A stretch of 64,000 bases of DNA, taken from the NCBI RefSeq assembly GCF_964355755.1, contig NC_092674.1:7812001-7876000 (forward strand). Reading direction: 5' to 3'. Of this stretch, positions 1-12,400 are shown in pieces; position 1 is the stretch's first letter, and each line of letters opens with the position of its first letter. Position numbers and translations under genes: made by a program. The notes below the pieces were generated by a model. That model did no database searches. It had not been told where the DNA came from and was given only the letters and a program-made list of their open reading frames with translations. The DNA is from Antedon mediterranea (taxonomy: Eukaryota; Animalia; Echinodermata).

Positions 1-608
1 CTTTTTGTATGGGTTTCTGTCCTCGTACTTGAAAACTTGAAGATAATTCTATTACTAAACTTTTTGGTAAAAAACTTGCTTATGTTGAGAAAGGTCATAT
101 TCTTATGTGTGATTGCAGTGATGAGGCTGACATTCAAAGTCAGTACAGATCTTTATGTATTAGAAGCAACTCACTCAATCGCAAATTTATGAAATGCTCT
201 ACCAATGTTAAATGTTGTCTCTTTAGATCTTACTGTATTAATATGTATTGTGCAGCCCTTTGGTGTAACTATCGTATGAAGAATATTAGATCTCTTAATG
301 TATGTTACAATAATGCTCTGCGCCGTATACTTAATGAATCTAGAAATAGTAGTGCCAGTTTATTGAACATGGTGTCCCTTCCTTTAATGAGTACATGTGA
401 AAATCTACCTATGGTTTTATGCAACGTATGTTGAATAGTGGTAACATCCTTGAATATGCTCCATAACTCCAAATGTATTGTAGATGGAGAAGCATTCTAT
501 ATACTTAAGTTTAGAGTTTACGATTTTTTATTTATTTTTTTTTTCTGTTTATACGTGTATTAATATGGATGATATTTCCGAAATAAAAAGAAATTGAATT
601 GAATTGAA
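1..608 (+). mobile_element. 3' end of a non-LTR retrotransposon (LINE), post-RT C-terminal region
   Basis: ORF 105-434 (LFRSYCINMYCAALW...VCYNNALRRIL...SSAS) resembles LINE ORF2 C-termini. It ends in AATAAA plus an (ATTGA)n tail at about 581-608, abutting the BEL gag. Confidence 0.7.
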
Positions 609-3600
609 TATGGATGCTATGGCCGCATTCAAATTAGCCCTAGAACTTCCAAAAGCGGAAGTGATAGAATTCCTTGGGGATCCAGGAAACTATTGGGCTT
701 TTGTACAACATTTTGAGATAAATGTAGCAAGTAAGTTAACATCAAATAATGCAAAATTACAATACCTTCTACAGTTATGTAAAAATAAGGCAAAGGAAAG
801 TATAGTAAGTTGTCCTCTATTAGGAGAAGAAGGTTATAAGCAGGCTTTAGAGATTCAGTTTGGGGCAGCCTGTTGAACCCACAAATGTGAAAACGCCCAC
901 AAATGTGAAAACAACCACAAATGTGAAAACGTATCACCCACAAATGTGAAACAACCACAAACGTGAAAACGCATCACCCACAAATGTGAAAACAACCACA
1001 ATTGTAAAAACGCATCACCCACAAATGTGAAAACAGCGCCCACAAATGTGAAAAAAAGAGAGATCTTGTCGCCCACAAATGTAAAAAAGAATCCAAATCA
1101 AATTTAGTGCTAGACCCAAACAATTTTGATCGAGTTAATGTTAATGTATATACATTGTATTGAGTTGTTTCAATAATTGTGTGTTCACGATACGTCTGTT
1201 AGGGTCGTCGTTAACGCGTTGGATTATTACAATTTACTGCTCGTGCGCGCGATATTTGCATGTTAACTCGTTGGTGGTTTAATGTACGTATAGTTCAAGA
1301 CGATATTTGCTGCGCGCTGCACGATACTTCCTTCCAGATCAAGGCCATGTTATATCATTGTTGCTTGTAGTTGTGTAGTTGTTAACTGGTTGACTTACTA
1401 TTATGTACGTATAGTTCCAAGTCGATGCAAAAAACATCGAACATGGTAATATTCCAACGCGTTAATGACGACCCTAACAGACGTATCGTGAACACACAAT
1501 TATTGAAACAACTCAATACACATGATATAATGTATTAACTTGATCAAACTTGTTTGAGTCTAGCACTAAATTTGATTTGATTTTTTTTTTACATTTGTGG
1601 GCGATGGTCGTTTTCACATTTGTGGGCGCGGTTTTATTACATTTGTGGGTGATGCGTTTTCACATTTGTAGTTATTTTCACATTTGTGGGTGATGCGTTT
1701 TCACATTTGTGGTTGTTTTCACATTTGTGGTTGTTTTCACATTTGTGGGCGTTTTCACATTTGTGGGTTCAACACAGCCCCATCTAGTTTTAAACACATT
1801 GATGCTTAAGTTAACCAACAGAAAAGAGATTAATGCAGGAAACCATGAAGAGTTATGGGGACTAGTCAGTGACATGAAAAAATGTCAGCTAACACTTACA
1901 AAAATGGGGTACACAAATGATTTAAACAGTACCTCCAACCTATTAAAAATTCAAGGGCTATTACCTAGATTTATGCAAGCTAAATGGGCTAATGCTGCAC
2001 AATCAATACTTAGTGAAAGGGAACCAAGTTTCATTTACATTTGTAGAGAGTCAAGCTGCAGTAAACATCAATATGTTTGGAAGAAATATTAGCACTACAG
2101 CTAATGAAAATAAGAGTAGTAAATTTCGAGTAGTAAACACAGATTTTAGAGGTAAAAAGGCTTACAGTCATAGTTGTGCACCCACAGAGGAAAAGCCTAG
2201 TGAATCACCTTTGTTCACGTGTGTATGTTGTAAGAAAAACCATAAGTGATGGGAATGTGTAAAATTCAGACAACTATCCATCAATGAAAGATGGAATATT
2301 GCTAGCCAAGAAAAATGTTGCTTTAAGTGTCTATGTAAACATAGGGCAGTTGATTGTAAACGGGTTATGTCCTGGGGTATAAATGGGTTTAAGAGTGACC
2401 ATAATAGGTTGTTACATAGAGAAAAAGTAAAAAAAGAAAGTAATTTGGAAACTGTAGAGGTAAGAGTTGCCAGGGAAGGGGAGCGTAAAGTAACTAAAAC
2501 AGAAACAGGGACAACACTACTTTGTTAAGTAAAAAACAATCTATTGCTTTGCGAACCATACCAATCATAGTTAGTAATGGAAAGAAAAGAGTAGAGGTGA
2601 ATGCATTATTAGATGATGGTAGTACTCAGACATATGTTAATGAAGAGTTATGTGGAGAGTTGGGTATCAGTGGAGTAACAGAAGAGATGGTTCTGAGTTT
2701 GTTAAATGGTAAGGAGGAAAGATTTGTGACTAAGCCAGTTGAGATATTTGTATTACCGTTGGATGGATCTAAGAAATTTAAAGTGAATGCAGTGACTATA
2801 AGTGATGTTACTGGTAGACTAGAAGCGTCAGATTGGAGTAGTGTTAGTAAGGATTGGAGTCATTTGAGAGACATAGAATTTCCTGTGATAAGTAGTGAGA
2901 GAAAAGAGATAGATTTACTAATTGGAGTGGATTGTCCAGAGTTGCATACAGCAATGTAAGTAAGTAAGAGAAATGTGGAGGTCCCGGAGAACCTGTTGCG
3001 AGAAGAACACCGTTAGGTTGGACGTGTGTTGGTCCTTTGAGTAGAAGTTGGCGAACAACATCACTACATGTGAATACTTACAAAACCAGTAGGGAACGAA
3101 GTAATGATGTGGACGAGTTGATGGGGAAGTTTTGGGAAGTAGATAGTTATGGAGTAAGTGATTTGAAAATATATAAAGCTGAAGATGAAAGAGTGATTCA
3201 AAAAGTGTCAGAGTCATTGGCAGCTGTTGATGGGCGATACAGTGTGAATATTCTGTGGCGGGAAGAAGGATTAAATATGGATAACAATTATGAGATGGCC
3301 TTTAGGAGATTAGAGTGTCTAGAAAGAAAATTAACTAGAGACAATATGTTAGGCGATAGTTATCAGAACGTTTTAGATAATTACAGATCTAAAGGCTATG
3401 TCAGAAAAATAGACCCATCCCTAACAGAACTAAATCAATGGTTTCTACCACATTTCCCAGGAGTTAAACCCGATAGGGAAACAACGAAAGTTAGGTTAGT
3501 GTTCGACGCCGCGGCGCGTTATGGGGGAAGATGTTTGAATGATATGATCTACCCCGGGCCTAAATTGCAGAACGATTTATTCGATGTGTTATTAAGATTT

Positions 3601-6600
3601 AGAAAGGAGAAGGTAGCGATTATTTGCGATATTGCAGACATGTATCTCCAGATTGGAGTGCAACCAGAAGATAGGAAAATGCTTAGGTTTTTATGGCGAG
3701 ATTTAGATACAGAGCGGATGCCAGAAATGTATGAGTTCAATCGACTAGTGTTTGGTCTTAATGTTGCGCCATTCTTAGCTCAATTTGTAACTCAGGAACA
3801 TGCACGAAATAATTCTAAAGAGTATCCCCTAGCACGGGCTGTTTTAAACTCTACCTACATGGATGATACCATGACCTCGGTTAAAAATGAGCAAGAGGCA
3901 GTAGAGTTATATAGAGAGCTGAAAGAATTATGGGGAAACGCGGGTATGAGTGCTAGAAAATGGGTTTCAAATTCAAAAGCGGTACTGGAAAAAAATACCA
4001 GAAGCAGATAGAGCTAAAGAAATCAAATTAAGTGGGAACGAGTTACCTTCTGCAAAAACCTTAGGTTTAATATGGAAAGCCGAGGAAGATACATTTAAGT
4101 TTCAAGGAGGTTCTGGTCCTTCTAATGTCTGTAAGTTAACCAAGAGATTAGCTTTGAGTAGAATCGCTTCTATATTTGATCCACTAGGGATTTTGGCTCC
4201 TGTAGTAGTCGCAGGCAAGATAATTATGCAGGAGATTTGGGCAAATGGATTAGACTGGGATGAAGAGTTGTCCCCTGATGTAGGTCAGAAATTAGAACGA
4301 TGGATAGCAAATTTGGGCGAATTAAAAGATATAGAAATAGAAAGATGTATAAACCCAGATGAGCGCGAGAATCAAGAGTTGCATACATTTTGTTGACGCG
4401 TCAAATGACGCATATGTGGCGGTTGTGTATTCAGTGTCACAGAATGATAACGATGTTAAAAAAAGAAATGTAGGATTAGTTCGCGTCAAAAACGAAAGTA
4501 GCTCCTCTTAAATCCATGATTAAATCATGGATATCCCGAGACATCACGAGTTGATGGCAGCTATGTTAGATTTAAAGCTTGCTAAATATGTTGTAAATCC
4601 GTTACAACGTCAACTAAAGGAAGTGAAATTTTGGGGTGACAGTATGAATTTATTTTGGTGGATTTGAGGTCATAGTAGAGATTTTAAGCCGTTCGTTGCT
4701 AATCGAATTGGTGAAATACAAGGTCAAACAAACCATAGTCAATGGAGATGTATACCCACTAAATTAAACCCTGCGGATGTGGCTTCGCGAGGATGTACTG
4801 TTATAGAGTTGCAGCAGAATGAACTTTGGTGGCGAGGTCCTGAATTCTTGAGTGATTGTGAGATGCAATGGCAAGAGAATAAGATTGAGAAAGCGATAGA
4901 TGAAATAAAGATTAAGAAAAGAACGAAAACGTTATTGAGTAAAGTGGTACCAAGAGTGGAAAGTGATAACTGGAGATTAAACCCAATAAGGTAACTCTAG
5001 TTGGAATAAGTTAGTGTGTGTATTTGCGTATGTGATGCGTTTTATAAATAACTGTAGGTTAAAAGACAAAGTCAGAGGACCATTAAATGTAGATGAGGTT
5101 AAGGACTCGGAAATTGCCATAATTCAAAAGGCACATGGTGATGAGTTCTCAGACGAAATTAAGAGATTAAGTAAGGGTGAAATACTAAGTACAAAGAGTA
5201 ATATAAGTGGATTGAATCCTCGAATGGATGCCGATTATTTGCTTAGAGCAAATGGACGTTTAAGTCTAAATGAGGCGATATCATATGATGTAAGATATCC
5301 CATTATATTACCGAGGAAACATCATGTCACTAAATTAATTGTAAAAATGTATCATGAGTTAGGAAATCATGTAATAGGTACAAATCATACATTGTCATTA
5401 TTATCTGAGAAGTACTGGGTACAAGCGGCTAGAGAAGAAATGAGAGAATGTGAAAAAAAATGTATGGGATGTAGGCGTAGATTAGCTAAACAATGGGAGC
5501 AAATAATGGCTCCATTACCTAAGAATAGAACTAGAAATGAGAGTTTAAAGGCGTTTACTAGAGTCGCAGTAGACTATGCAGGTCCCTTCCTTACTAAGCA
5601 GGGTAGAGGAAAGGTACAAACAAAACGTTATTTGTGTTTGTTCACATGTTTATCCTCTAGAGCCGTGCACTTGGAAATGGCGTACGGTTTAGACACAGAT
5701 ACGTTTCTAAATGCTTTTCATAGATTTGTCAGTAGAATGGGTAAACCCGAGGAAATGATGTCTGATAACGGGACAAGTTTTGTAGGAGCTGACAAGGGAG
5801 TGTTAAAATCCTTAAATAAAGATAAAATTCAAAGTGTGACAGTAGTCACTGGTATAAAGTGGAGTTTTATTCCACCTATGACCCCACATTTTGGTGGAGT
5901 ACATGAAAGTCTTATAAAATCTGCTAAAAGGGCTATATATGGAGTATTAAGAAATGCCGACATAACGGATGAAGAGTTACATTCTGCATTTGTAGGAGCA
6001 GAGGGTATATTAAACTCACGTCCATTAACATATCAATCTGCCTCAGTAGAGGATGTAATTCCATTAACTCCAAACCATTTTTTACATGGTCAAATGGGAG
6101 GTAATCTAGCTCCAGAGAGCATATTAGACACAGCAGTTGTTAATCCTAGGAAACGATGGAGACGTGTCCAAGAATTAATGCGACACTTTTGGAATAGGTG
6201 GTTAAGTGAGTGGTTACCAGCATTGAACCAACGAAAAAAGTGGAGAGAACCCAAGAGGGTTCTTAGGGTTGATGAAGTGGTATTAGTAGTTCAGAAAGGT
6301 ACGGTACGTGGTCAATGGCCATTGGGTAGAATAAGAGAAATATATAAAGGACCAGACGGTCATGTAAGGGTAGTTAAGGTGAAAACTAACAATGGAGATG
6401 TAATTCGAGGTATTACAATAATTTGTCCACTAGAGATATACTTGATTAAAAGAATGTTAAATATCAAGATACAGAAAGGTGTTATATTAAGAAGCACAAC
6501 TGTTTAAGTTTTAGTGTTAATAAGTTTAGAGTTGAATTATGGTAGATTGTAAAAATTGATCATATAATTGTTATACATTGTTGGATAATGTTTAAATAAG

Positions 6601-6975
6601 GACAGTGATTTTAAATGAGTTATCAACAAGTTCAATGTGAATACTATCAGTGATGTTAAATAATTAAAGTGAATATAAGTGATAGGGTTTTTTGTTGATA
6701 ATGATGTTTCATGTTATTTATTATTATGTTAAAAAAAAATGTAATTTGAGATTGTAAAGGGATCGACAAACAACTGTATTGTCTGTCGAGGAAGGGGAGA
6801 ATGTTCTGAAGAACAACAAAAGAATAATGAGGGCGCTTATGTATAGTGTGTAAAAGGCCGTTTTGGCGTGTCATAGAAAAAAAAAGAAAAGAAAAACAAA
6901 TACCGATAGCGTGGATGGTAAGAAGTGTGCAAATAAATGATAATAAAAATCAGAAAGTTCTTGCGTTTATATTAT
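609..6975 (+). mobile_element. Degenerate BEL/Pao LTR retrotransposon (gag-PR-RT-RNaseH-IN) with the start of its 3' LTR
   Basis: Gag-like LELPKAEVIEFLGDP...KLQYLLQ; Cys/His knuckles at about 2215-2420; protease ALLDDGS (2522-2959); RT with YMDD (3037-4011); Pao-type TKRLALSRIASIFDPLG and WWRGPEFL; integrase with HHCC and DYAGP/SDNGT/E (5014-6507). Polypurine tract GAGGAAGGGGAGAA at 6788-6801, then TGT at 6802. Many stops and frameshifts. Confidence 0.93.
871..1774. mobile_element. Non-autonomous foldback/TIR DNA element (TGT...ACA ends, 5-bp TSD; Ginger-like)
   Basis: Begins TGTTGAACCCACAAATGTG and ends CACATTTGTGGGTTCAACA. TSD CAGCC at 866-870 and 1775-1779. Inverted arms of about 350 bp carry tandem CACAAATGTGAAAA units. 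Confidence 0.88.
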
Positions 6976-9230
6976 TTATGGGCCTTTCTTCAGTACATAT
7001 AGTTAAGTTTGTTCATGACCAAATTAACGGCAAACCACCACATCAAAAAATGGAATACTTTTATTTAATTACACATAATGCTAGTAGCAGATTTAGTAAT
7101 AGATATAATTTTGCAATTCCGAAAGCTCGCACAGATGCTGGTAAATTTATAATTTCTTTTAATGGAGCTCAACTTTGGAATAATTTACCCTTAGTTATAA
7201 AATGTACCTCTTCTATATTTAAATTCATAAATGAAGTTATAATTTCAATGTTAACCATGATATCTGTAATTGTGTTCACCCAGATATTGTTCCCCTTAAT
7301 AACATTACTGAAAAAAACTATTTTCGAGGCTCTATTGTCCTTGAAACCCAACAAATCCCCTGGACCTGACGGGATTACACCTAAAATGTTATCCATGTCA
7401 GCTCCAATTATTGCCCCAGTGTTGTGCAAAATGTTTAACAAGTTCTTAACGGATGGCTTTGTACCAAAAGATTGGAAACTCGCGAATGTCACTCCTATTT
7501 TTAAGTCAGGTAATCGTAACGATGTTAATAATTATCGACCCATATCGCTATGTTCTATTATAGGTAAGGTTTTTGAACGTATTATAGCAGATAACATTCT
7601 TTTTCATCTTCAACTTTTTGGATTTATAAGTCCCACGCAACACGGGTTTTATCCTCAGCGTTATATCATGATTGGTCACAAACAATGGATGTTAGACAAC
7701 CTCCTGTAATTGATGCAATATTCCTTGATTGGGAGAAGGCCTTTGACCGTGTTCCTCATGATTTTGTAATCAAGAAACTTCACAACATGGGAGTATGTGG
7801 ATCTCTCCTAAAGTGTCTTCACTCCTTTCTCAGTGACAGATTCCAACGTGTTGTTCTCAATAAGGAGCATTCTGATTGGGATAGAGTGGGCTCGGGTGTT
7901 ACTCAGGGATCAGTGTTAGGCCCGCTTCTATTCAATCTCTTTGTTTATGACATACCTCTAAATACCTCTTCTGTTATGAAGCAGTATGCAGATGATACTG
8001 TAATTTATAAACCTGTATTCAGTCGTCATGATGCACTTACCTTACAACAGGATCTTTGTAAAATTTCCAAATGGTGTGAGGATAATAAAATGAAATTAAA
8101 TGCAAATAAGTTTAAAGTCATGCACATAACTAGAAAACATAATTATATCCCTCATTTTATTTATAAAATCGAATCCAATCCCCTTGAAGCTGTTAATTCA
8201 CATACATATCTTGGTATTAACTTCTCACGTGATTTAACATGGTGGCCTGCTCACGTTAATGATGTATCGATGAAATCTATGAGAATGCTTGGGTTTATCA
8301 AACGGTTTGTAAGTTTCAATGACACCGAAATCTTACTACGACTTTTTAATGCACTATGTCGACCTGTTATTGAATACGGTGCTCCTTTGTGGGATCCACA
8401 TCAAAAACAACATAATATAGCTATTAACAAGTCATTAAGACGGGTTACTAAATTGTGTGTTGAAGGCGATTTCACTGACAGGCTTAAGACACTAAATTTA
8501 CCAGATTTGGTTCAAAGAATGAAATTTCATAGTATAATTTTTGTAGTTAAGTGTTTGCATAAGTTAATTGATTTTGATATATTTGAATACCTTACAATTA
8601 ATTCTCGGTATCCAGAGTCCCTCACCTATAAACACATGTATGCTAGAACTAATGCATTTAAATACTCCCTGTTTGTTAATTTCCCTCGAATATGGGAATG
8701 TATCCCGCATGAAGTTCGTAACAAAGTCCTGTTTAACTTTGGGGGGTTTAGAAGGGATTTGAAAAAGTGTATTACTGATATCGAATTCATCTAGACTATC
8801 TCTGTGTTTTTATGTCTATTGCGTTTTGTGTACTATTAGTTGGGAAAGCCACTCGACAGTGCAGTTCTTTTGAACTGATCCACTTTTGGTTACCCGCAGG
8901 TGCTGATAGTACTTTGTTCTGTTTTTTTAATGATGCCGTACCTTGTTTATGATTTGTGTATGTTACCTGGAAATTGAATAAAATAAAAAAAAAATAAAAA
9001 ATAAATGTTTACTTTTACACAAATATTAATGTTAAGCCCTTGTTTACGTTATTTCTTTCATATAGTTGCTATTTCCTTCTTATTGAATTATTGTTGATAG
9101 ATGAAAATGTATGCATTATGACTAATTTATTTTTGTGACAGGAGTCAAACCTTGATTAGCTAAAGCTTTTCACACACACACATATTGTATTGTATTGTAC
9201 TATTTATGTATTATGATGTGAATAAAGTTG
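6975..9230 (+). mobile_element. Older LINE 3' fragment, split by a younger LINE
   Basis: About 6990-7230 encodes THNASSRFSNRYNFAIPKARTDAGKFIISFNGAQLWNNLP, typical of LINE ORF2 C-termini. It resumes after 9007 with a UTR-like sequence and AATAAA at about 9221. Confidence 0.6.
7234..9000 (+). mobile_element. 5'-truncated CR1/L2-group LINE (RT domain to A-rich tail)
   Basis: KSPGPDGI, WKLANVTPIFKSG, NYRPISL, QHGF, KAFDRVPH, QGSVLGPLLF and YADD motifs in frameshifted ORFs. A-rich tail at about 8977-9000. Candidate TSD ATAAATG at 7227-7233 and 9001-9007. Confidence 0.88.
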
Positions 9231-9235
9231 GTATA

Positions 9236-9385
9236 ATATGATTACAAACGTGATTTTGTTAAATCGTGCGTAGACCGCGTAATGTTTGATTGCGCACTGT
9301 GAAAACATAATCACATAGATTCCTGGCCATAAGGAATATACTCTGAAAAATTGACTTAGCTAGATGAAACTGATATCAAGATAAT
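9236..9385 (-). mobile_element. Internal fragment of the HINE family seen at 50611-51407
   Basis: Near-identical reverse complement of about 50752-50901. Confidence 0.75.
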
Positions 9386-9478
9386 TGACGGACAAAATAA
9401 TGCTAAGGAAAGAATAAATAAAGATTCTGACAGAATCAATAAGAGTAGGCCTACAGTACTGAACTATAATGTATTAAC

Positions 9479-12400
9479 CTGTATTACAATCGTTTCCCCC
9501 AAAACCATTTTGACAAGCACAGCCGACTGGATCAGGTGGACATAAAAGAGCTCCTTGGCAATTTCCACTAGAAGAACACACGACGTTGCAGTCACGACCC
9601 CAGTTGTTATTTCCACAACCTATAGCAAATGAAATAGGCTTAATGTTCAATAACATGTCATCTTTTTTGTTTACATTGTTATAATATGTACATAATGTAG
9701 CAATATTTATTTATTACCCTGTTTGCAAAAAGTTCCTTTAAATCCTGCTGGACAAATACAAACTCCTGTCTTATCGTCACACACTCCACCATTATAACAT
9801 ACAGGACAGTCCATTTCACAGTTTGGAGGATTCCATTTTGGCGAAGGACAAGCTAATAGACAACGATTTACAAAATGTAAATACATGGAATTGTATTGGT
9901 CAGTTTATAATACATCTTTATGTGAGCTATAGAACAAAACGTAACTTAAATTTGGCATTAAAGTAATTTCAGGCAGTTTCAATTACGTTGTAAAATCACA
10001 CAATTTATCAATAAATTGATTATTTGGATCCAAATATAATTGTTTCAAAATATAAACTAGTTTATTTTGGAAATAAAAACCTAACTTTAATTGTTTATTC
10101 GCCACTAAAAACTTTTAAATAATATTGAAATCAAATGTCTGTAGTAGTCTGACGTGTTATACATTTTACAGAATTTCTTGTATTCATCAATGTAGTTGAA
10201 AATCAAAACAATGATTGATTTTTAATAACTGTTTAAACTTACCTCTAACAATAAGTCTCATGATGCCATGGTCACCATCAGGACTATCACCTGTATAACA
10301 TTCATATACGCCATCATCTTTTCTTCGTATGTTTTCAATCACAGCAGAATTAAACCCCATCAGATTTTCAAATTCATTGTAATTATGTCTCCAACGTAAA
10401 TCGTGAAGATCACCGCCTTTACTGAGATTGATAGTGACAGACTCTCCAACACTGACCGTTATCGTTCTATACTCCATTTCAACATTTGCTATAACATTTT
10501 ACGAATATAAACTAACTGTTTAATATTTTTTATTTAATAATCACCTCTTTTAAAAAACAACGTTATATATTTGTTATACTTTAGGGATGTATTGTCCCAC
10601 TGAAAAACTAATTCTTAACCAAATTTTTGCTTAATATGCCGTTCTAATGTAACATAATAGTTATCCACTTTGACCAAATATTGGATATGAAAAAATAAAT
10701 TTACCTAAATAAAGCTGTAATGTAAAGCAAAAATGGTCAAATTGACTGGCAGCCAATGGGATTTTTATTGAAGTTAACCATTTATTTTGTCATTTTATAA
10801 GTGAAAACATAATTTTGTGAATTGATTCATTTTTGTATACAAAATAAAATAATAAAATATTTATCATGTTTTGGGGGAAAATACAGGTACATCTTTAATA
10901 TTTCACTAATAAATTTGATATATGATAATTTAAAACAAACTCCGAAAAAAGTAAGGCAAGCCATTGTGATTCAAAATTTAAACTTTATTTGTTTATCTTC
11001 AGTAATAAATCATATTTCCACATTGTGACATAAGTACACCGAGTGTTGAGATAGAAAATTAATTGACTATTAAAATAATAAATAAATTATGAACCAATAA
11101 AGAAATAAGCAATAAAAATAAGCAAATAACAGAACAAGATGTAATTTCGAAATATTGAATTTTTACAAAATAAGATACATCATGTCATTACTCACCAGAA
11201 ACGGATATCAGTACAATAGCTGAGTTGGTGACTTCAACATTTGTTTTGGCTTCGAATGAAAATACACCAACTCTATCTGCAGCCTGTAATCCACTAACAC
11301 CGAGATACGAAAAATAATTTTCTCTATTGCGTATTCGGTATGTAACTAAGCTTTCGGTGGGAAATATTTTACCGTCAGGCATATCTCTTATGGCGTCTTT
11401 AGTGTTTTGACCTGGAAAACCATCTGTATCAGCCCAAGTCACATTATCTTTCCCAATAATTTTCTTGTATAAAATTCCAACTGATAAATCTCTGATGCCT
11501 TTATCACTTTCAACTGTGTATCCTCTAAAATAACCATTTTGGTCAAACGATGGTTTTCCAGAAAATGCTGTTATATCTAATGGATCTTGAAAAAAATAAA
11601 ATGAAGATAATATAATTACTGCACTGCAATTAGGTCTAATTAATAAGAGAATAGCATTGCCCTAGAAGAGTAGGACGGGAATGGAACATCCCAAGCTGCT
11701 GCTTGTGACTCTCGTCAACTGACGTTCTTCCGTCACTCCGAAGAACCAGTAGTAGACCCACAAACACTATACTATACTTATTACTATTATTGTCAACGAG
11801 TAAAATAAAATCTATATTATGAACATTTACACAAAACACGAAGCGAACGGGCGCTTGATAGGAAATCCTGTCTACCAGATACGCATTTTACATATAGGAC
11901 AAGCTACGCGGTTCTCCGCTTACCGTTCCTGCTCGTCTGTCCAAATTGGCTTTAACAAAGAATGAAACGCCAAAATACAGTAGGGACGTTGTAACCAGTT
12001 TTACGACGAAAATGTGTTAAAAGCTGAATACCGCAAAATGTACTACCAAGGTACTTCTTAGGTTTAATTTAATTATTAAATTAACAACGTGACATTCTAA
12101 AACAGATATATCATCAGTGACAATAAAGTGTGTGCAAAGTCTCCCCTCGCACACCAGCGAATCTTTCGAATCCCCCGCGCCTTCTGTGCCACGTGATTGA
12201 TCCAATCAAGAAAGAGATAATACTGGTAAGTATTTCCTTAATGATCCAATCAGTGGAGCAATGTTCTCACTTAATCCTTGCTGTACTATATTATGTGAGG
12301 GCGTGTGGCGCTGTGTATTGGACGTTCGACTACTGATCGTTAGACCGAGGTTCGAATCCAACTCTCACCACATTGCTTGTATCGTTAGGCAAGATACTTT

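Noticed and set aside
871-1085. CRISPR-like array of CACAAATGTGAAAA repeats
   Set aside because: The spacers are only a few bases long, the array is mirrored at 1590-1774 as transposon arms, the DNA is eukaryotic, and there are no cas genes.
6846-7709. 287-aa ORF as a single gene or an env-like ORF
   Set aside because: It is a chance read-through across the BEL LTR, an old LINE tail and a younger LINE RT.
12294-12372. tRNA gene
   Set aside because: A/B boxes are present but there is no convincing cloverleaf, and the sequence continues into a SINE body and tail.
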